Assembly: GCA_049325335.1 (NCBI GenBank)
Contig: JBMOMC010000044.1
Location: forward strand, 1-64,000
DNA: 64,000 nt
Reading direction: 5' to 3'
Origin: Nitrospirota bacterium
GTDB taxonomy: Bacteria; Nitrospirota; Nitrospiria; 2-01-FULL-66-17
The notes under the pieces: model-generated
What the model saw: only the letters and a program-made list of their open reading frames with translations
Database searches by the model: none
Told to the model about the DNA's origin: nothing
Made by a program: the position numbers and the translations under genes
Part shown: positions 58,897-64,000 of the stretch, in pieces
Position numbering within the stretch: the stretch's first letter is position 1
Layout of the letters: each line of letters begins with the position of its first letter

Positions 58897-58922
58897 TCGG
58901 GGTTCGACGCGTCGAACCCCGA
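58897..58922. terminator. Perfect 26-bp palindrome between convergent genes
   Basis: TCGGGGTTCGACG|CGTCGAACCCCGA, followed by short T-run on the plus strand. Confidence 0.5.
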
Positions 58923-58929
58923 ACATTTT

Positions 58930-60180
58930 TCAGCCGCCTAGCTTTAGGCCGCGCGCCGTGCCGATAACCGCCTCCGCCACTTGTTTCATCGGCCGCCGGT
59001 TGTTCATGCTCTGTCGCTGAAGGACTCGAAACGCCTCCTCCTCGGTTAACCGGCGCTCGCGCATCAAGATCCCCTTAGCCCGCTCGACCAACTTGCGCAA
59101 CTCCAATTCGTCGTGCATCTGGGCGGTCTCCTGCATGAGCCGCGTGTTCTCGATCGCCACCGCCGCTTGATTCGCCACCGCTTCCAGCAATTCAATCTCG
59201 TCGGGCTGAAACACGTGCGGCGCGGCGGTGTAACTGTTGATCACCCCCACCGCGCGGTCCTTATAGAGCATCGGAACCGACAACAAAGACCGCAGCCCCT
59301 CGCGACGCGCCAACTCGCGATACACGTAGGCCGGGTCCTGCGTGACGTCGGTGACCGCGATCGGGCGTTTCTCCTGGACCGCGCGCCCGCTGACGCCTTC
59401 CCCGATTTTGAGCGACGGTTTCCCGCGGTACGCGTCCGACAGGCTTTGCGTCGCGGCGATCCGCAAGTCGCCCCGCGCGTCGTCGGCGAGCATGATCGAG
59501 CAGATCGCCGAATCCATGGTCCTCGCCGTGATGGTGACGATCAGGTGTAGCATCTCTTCCAAATACCGGGTGGAGGTGATCGTGGTGCTCACTTGCAACA
59601 AGGTTTCCAATTGCGAGGTTTTTCGGCGCATCGCGTCGTAGAGCCGCGCGTTTTCGATCGCGCCCCCGACCTGATGGCCGATCGCGGACAACAAGGCGGT
59701 TTCCGACGCGGTATGTCGGTGGGGCTCGCGGTGCTGCACGTTGATGACCCCGATCACCTCGTTTTTCGCGATCACCGGAACCGAGAGAAACGCCTGATAG
59801 CGGTCCTCCGGCAAATTCTGGAAATATTTGAACCGCGGGTCGTCGCTGGCGTGTCGGTCGATGGCGACCGGCGTCCGCTCGCGCGCCACCCACCCGGTAA
59901 TGCCTTCGCCCAACTCCAATTTGATCCGGCCGATCAAGCGCGGGTGCGGTTGTTTGGACGCGCGCAGCACCAGTTCCTTGCCCCCCTCGTCCAGCAAATA
60001 CAGGAAAGCCGCGTCGCAGGACGTGACCTCGACCACCAGGTCGATGATCTGTCGCAACACGGCTTCCTGGTCGAGCGTGCAACTGATCGTCTCGCTGATC
60101 CGCCGCAACACGTCGAGTTCTCGGTTGGTCTCGCGCAGCGCCTTGGCGGTGGCGCGAGACGGCCTGGAAAGAGGAGTCAC
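58930..60180 (-). CDS. GAF-GAF-ANTAR RNA-binding regulator
   Basis: Two GAF repeats (GEGITGWVA, GEGVSGRAV); C-terminal RKLVERAKGILM...EEEAFRVLQRQSMNNRRPMKQVAEAV. Confidence 0.88.
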   Translation of the reverse strand: MTPLSRPSRATAKALRETNRELDVLRRISETISCTLDQEAVLRQIIDLVVEVTSCDAAFLYLLDEGGKELVLRASKQPHPRLIGRIKLELGEGITGWVARERTPVAIDRHASDDPRFKYFQNLPEDRYQAFLSVPVIAKNEVIGVINVQHREPHRHTASETALLSAIGHQVGGAIENARLYDAMRRKTSQLETLLQVSTTITSTRYLEEMLHLIVTITARTMDSAICSIMLADDARGDLRIAATQSLSDAYRGKPSLKIGEGVSGRAVQEKRPIAVTDVTQDPAYVYRELARREGLRSLLSVPMLYKDRAVGVINSYTAAPHVFQPDEIELLEAVANQAAVAIENTRLMQETAQMHDELELRKLVERAKGILMRERRLTEEEAFRVLQRQSMNNRRPMKQVAEAVIGTARGLKLGG

Positions 60181-60187
60181 GCGGGGC

Positions 60188-60216
60188 ATTCTAACAAGGG
60201 CCGCGCAAACTCTCAA
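60188..60216 (-). promoter_or_regulatory. Extended -10 sigma70 promoter for the ANTAR gene (leaderless geometry)
   Basis: TTGAGA-17 nt-TAGAAT with TG extension; in-frame GTG 7 nt downstream. Confidence 0.6.
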
Positions 60217-60225
60217 TCGCGCCGG

Positions 60226-61863
60226 CTACGGGCCCTCGGTCACCACGATATCGTAGCTTCCGGTCTCGCCGGCCGAAGGCGGCGCGTCCGGTGACCGCGC
60301 GACCCGGATGACGTACGACGCGCCGGCGACGGCTGGGAACGTGATCTTGGACGAGAGGGTTGAGGCACTGTTCGGTGGACAGGTCGAACCGCCGCACGAG
60401 GCGGGGTAGGTCCGCCCGGTCAGGTTGTCCACGGTCGAGGCATCCGCCGGGGTGACGCCGAGGACATCGAGGATGGTGTCGGCCGCGTTGGACACACGCG
60501 CGACACACCCGCCTCCTAGCGGCGCGCAACGCGAGGTGGCCACCGTATACGTCCCGGTCACCGGCGCCGTGAACGTCACGTAATCCACGTCGCCGGCCGG
60601 ATACAGCGTATGGTGTTGGATCGCGGACGGATTCGTCCCGGAATAGAGGCTGATCGGCGTAGGGCGCGACGGGTCGTCGTCGTTCGCGCCCGCCTCCCAC
60701 CCGTCCGGCCATAAGTCGATCTGCAAATCGGCCAGAATCGGTTGGAAATCGCCTGGGTTGGCCGCCTGCCAGTCGGTCCAAAAATCCTCAAACGTGACCG
60801 GCTGGGCGGTGAGCCCTCGAACGACCGACCAGATCCGGGCAAGTAGGCCGTTGAGCACGCCGGCGCCTTCATCCGCGTCCGACGCGTCGTGGGCATCCCA
60901 CAATGCCGCGGCAATGGCCAGTTCATTCGTATCGTAACGGGTCCCTTCTCCGAGCGTGGGCGGCGTTTCGATGTTAAACGAGAGCAACACCTCGCCGTTG
61001 CCGGTATCCGTGTGCTGCGGATCGTTGCGCGCCACGCTGGAAAAAAAATCGGCCCACCCTTCGGACCAGGCCAACCGCAGGTCCAGCGAGGACTCGCCGA
61101 GCGCATGCGGCCCGCCGGGCGAGTCGTCGCGGGAATACACGTCCAACACGTAGTGACCGTACTCGTGGAGGAGCACCGGGTCATCGAACTCGTCCGCGTC
61201 ATCATCGGTTCCAAGCACGGTGATGACGCGTGTGGCCGTCGTATACGAGGTTCCGACCGGATTGCCCGGGTACCAGTGCCAGACGAGCGGCGCGGTCGGG
61301 GCCGACCCGGTGAGCGACTCCACCGTCTCCGAACCTCGGAGCCCCTGTTCCAGGATGTTGAACACCCCGGCCCCCACGGCCTCGACTGCGTCCAACCCGG
61401 AGACCGTCACGGTTTCGCCGTCCCCCGCGTCATCAAAAACCGTTGACGCCAAGCCGTACACAAACGGTTCGGCCGCTGATCGCTGGACGCTCACGGGGTA
61501 CCGCGAAGACGACGAGAGCACCCGCGCGTACACTCCCACGCGACCGGGGTTGGAGAACGTGATCCGGAAGCGGCCGTCCGCATCCGTGGCGCCCGACGCC
61601 AGCACGCCGCCGCTCTGACACGACAGCACTTCGATTTCGGCGTATCGAATCGGCGTGGTCACGGTACTTCCGGTCGGTCCCATGGCCGTGATGACAGGCT
61701 TACTGTACGTCGCCAGCCCTTGTGCGACACCGAGTCCGCCGACGTCGGAGCGCAACGCGAACTCTGCGCAAGGGTCCGTCGTGGACTGCGGCGAATCACG
61801 GTGACAGGCCGCGGCGAGGACGAGACTGACGGCGAGCAGAAACCCCGCGCGACCCGCGGTCAC
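60226..61863 (-). CDS. Lipoprotein with zinc metallopeptidase (gluzincin-like) motif
   Basis: Lipobox LAAAC; HEYGH followed by WSEGWADF; C-terminal GDVDYVTF PPC-like domain. Confidence 0.75.
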   Translation of the reverse strand: MTAGRAGFLLAVSLVLAAACHRDSPQSTTDPCAEFALRSDVGGLGVAQGLATYSKPVITAMGPTGSTVTTPIRYAEIEVLSCQSGGVLASGATDADGRFRITFSNPGRVGVYARVLSSSSRYPVSVQRSAAEPFVYGLASTVFDDAGDGETVTVSGLDAVEAVGAGVFNILEQGLRGSETVESLTGSAPTAPLVWHWYPGNPVGTSYTTATRVITVLGTDDDADEFDDPVLLHEYGHYVLDVYSRDDSPGGPHALGESSLDLRLAWSEGWADFFSSVARNDPQHTDTGNGEVLLSFNIETPPTLGEGTRYDTNELAIAAALWDAHDASDADEGAGVLNGLLARIWSVVRGLTAQPVTFEDFWTDWQAANPGDFQPILADLQIDLWPDGWEAGANDDDPSRPTPISLYSGTNPSAIQHHTLYPAGDVDYVTFTAPVTGTYTVATSRCAPLGGGCVARVSNAADTILDVLGVTPADASTVDNLTGRTYPASCGGSTCPPNSASTLSSKITFPAVAGASYVIRVARSPDAPPSAGETGSYDIVVTEGP

Positions 61864-61867
61864 GACG

Positions 61868-62596
61868 TTACGCTTTTGGCGTTGCCGGTTCGTCGACCGG
61901 CCAGAACAACATGCGGTGGCAATAGGTGCAGGTCAACAATTTCTCGTTCTTGCGCAGGTCCGCGATTAATTGCGGCGGGAGCGCGAGTCGGCACCCCTGA
62001 CACGCGCCGTTCTTCACCGCCACCACCGCAAGCCCCTTGCGCGTGGACTTGAGCCGTTCGTACGCCTGGCGGCTCGCCGGGGCCAACTGCTGGGTCATGG
62101 CCGCGGCCTCAGCCGCCAACCGGTCGGCCTCGGCCTGCATCGCCCGCAACTCGCCTTCCAATCGGGTGCGTTCCTTCTCGAACTCACGTTTGCGAACCGC
62201 CACCGCGTCTTCCTGCGATTTGACGGTTTGCTGCGTCACCTCGATACGGTCCATCAACTCGAGCAGCCGCTCTTCGAGCGTTCCCTTTTCTTGTTGCGCC
62301 AATTCGATCTCAAAGAGGTGGGCTTGATACTCCTTGTTGGACTTGATATCGCCTGAACGCCCTTTGAGTTTTTCGATCCGATCCTCTCGCTCCTTGAGGT
62401 CCTGTTCCTTGTCGCGACGCTCGCGCGTCATGGTCTCGAACGCCGACTTGGCCTTGGCCAGTTCCGCCTCCGCCTCCCGCACTGGTTTGGCCGCCTCCTC
62501 CACGAGCGCTGGAGCCTGCCGACGCTGCTCGGTGAGCGCGTCAACGTGAGAGTCCAATTCCTGGAGGCGGATCAAGAGCGCCAGTTGTTCGTTCAC
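61868..62596 (-). CDS. Coiled-coil protein with C4-type zinc ribbon (DUF164 family)
   Basis: Long coiled coil, NKEYQA, CQGCRL...CTYCHRML. Confidence 0.88.
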   Translation of the reverse strand: MNEQLALLIRLQELDSHVDALTEQRRQAPALVEEAAKPVREAEAELAKAKSAFETMTRERRDKEQDLKEREDRIEKLKGRSGDIKSNKEYQAHLFEIELAQQEKGTLEERLLELMDRIEVTQQTVKSQEDAVAVRKREFEKERTRLEGELRAMQAEADRLAAEAAAMTQQLAPASRQAYERLKSTRKGLAVVAVKNGACQGCRLALPPQLIADLRKNEKLLTCTYCHRMLFWPVDEPATPKA

Positions 62597-62678
62597 GCGG
62601 GTTCCTTTATCGGATAAGACATCGAATCAACCCCTCTTCCTGCGCTCAACCCTCATTGCGGCAATGCGCCCCGCACGT

Positions 62679-62814
62679 CAACCGATCTCGCTGCTCGGCC
62701 CGGGAAACCAGGGCCTGCGCTGCGCTCCGCTAGCAGTCGAGTAAACCAACATCCACTGCAACCGATCTCGCTGCTCGGCCCGGGAAACCAGGGCCTGCGC
62801 TGCGCTCCGCTAGC
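62679..62814. repeat. Two identical 56-bp direct repeats separated by 24 bp
   Basis: CAACCGATCTCGCTGCTCGGCCCGGGAAACCAGGGCCTGCGCTGCGCTCCGCTAGC at 62679-62734 and 62759-62814. Confidence 0.9.
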
Positions 62815-62819
62815 GAGGA

Positions 62820-62893
62820 TGGGCCCACCAGGACTCGAACCTGGGACCAACCGGTTATGAGCCGGCAGCTCTAACCAACTGAGCTATGGGCCC
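62820..62893 (-). tRNA. tRNA-Ile2 (CAT anticodon), CCA not encoded
   Basis: GGGCCCATAGCTCAGTTGGTTAGAGC-GCCGG CTCATAA CCGGT-GGTTCGAGTCC-GGGCCCA cloverleaf; position downstream of rpoD is typical. Confidence 0.88.
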
Positions 62894-62957
62894 AACCTCG
62901 CTCGCGGGGCCGAACGCAGGCGCCGCCGTCCCGCGCCGAGGCTCGGAGTCCTCTGCC

Positions 62958-64000
<1,043 letters not shown>

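Noticed and set aside
58862..58922. ANTAR target dual hairpin next to the ANTAR gene
   Set aside because: Loops are not hexaloops with the conserved A/G positions, and the site is at convergent 3' ends rather than in a leader
62679..62814. Minimal CRISPR array
   Set aside because: Only two repeats, 56 bp is longer than typical CRISPR repeats, the spacer is only 24 bp, and there are no cas genes or AT-rich leader in the window

Overview
High-GC bacterial chromosome segment. The gene content (MnxG-like multicopper oxidase cluster, complete isc operon with iscX/hscAB, pgsBCW) suggests a diderm organism, possibly Nitrospirota; this assignment is inference only. 1-4363: end of a heavy-metal RND efflux operon (cusA partial, cusB, tolC), bounded by a tRNA-Phe 3' fragment that looks like an integrase att site. 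4364-38600: mosaic accessory region. It holds a ~1630-aa six-domain multicopper oxidase operon with two cupredoxin-motif partners, a GAF kinase/NarL pair, two USPs, two P-type ATPases (one Na,K-ATPase-like), a Kef antiporter, thymidine phosphorylase and a beta-CASP nuclease, glgX, a CusRS pair with two matching target promoters, and gene relics (PAS, hypE, degP). 38600-64000: core-like region with a MITE, the isc operon, purE, a poly-gamma-glutamate locus extended by a secreted protein and an outer-membrane beta-barrel, a lipid/envelope modification cluster, purD/purH, a GAF-GAF-ANTAR protein, a metallopeptidase lipoprotein, tRNA-Ile(CAT) and partial rpoD. The best candidates for under-described systems are the MCO plus blue-copper partner module and pgsBCW plus beta-barrel. 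Also notable are a structured repeat family with exchangeable termini and several apparently leaderless promoters. All calls come from reading motifs by eye; no database search was run.
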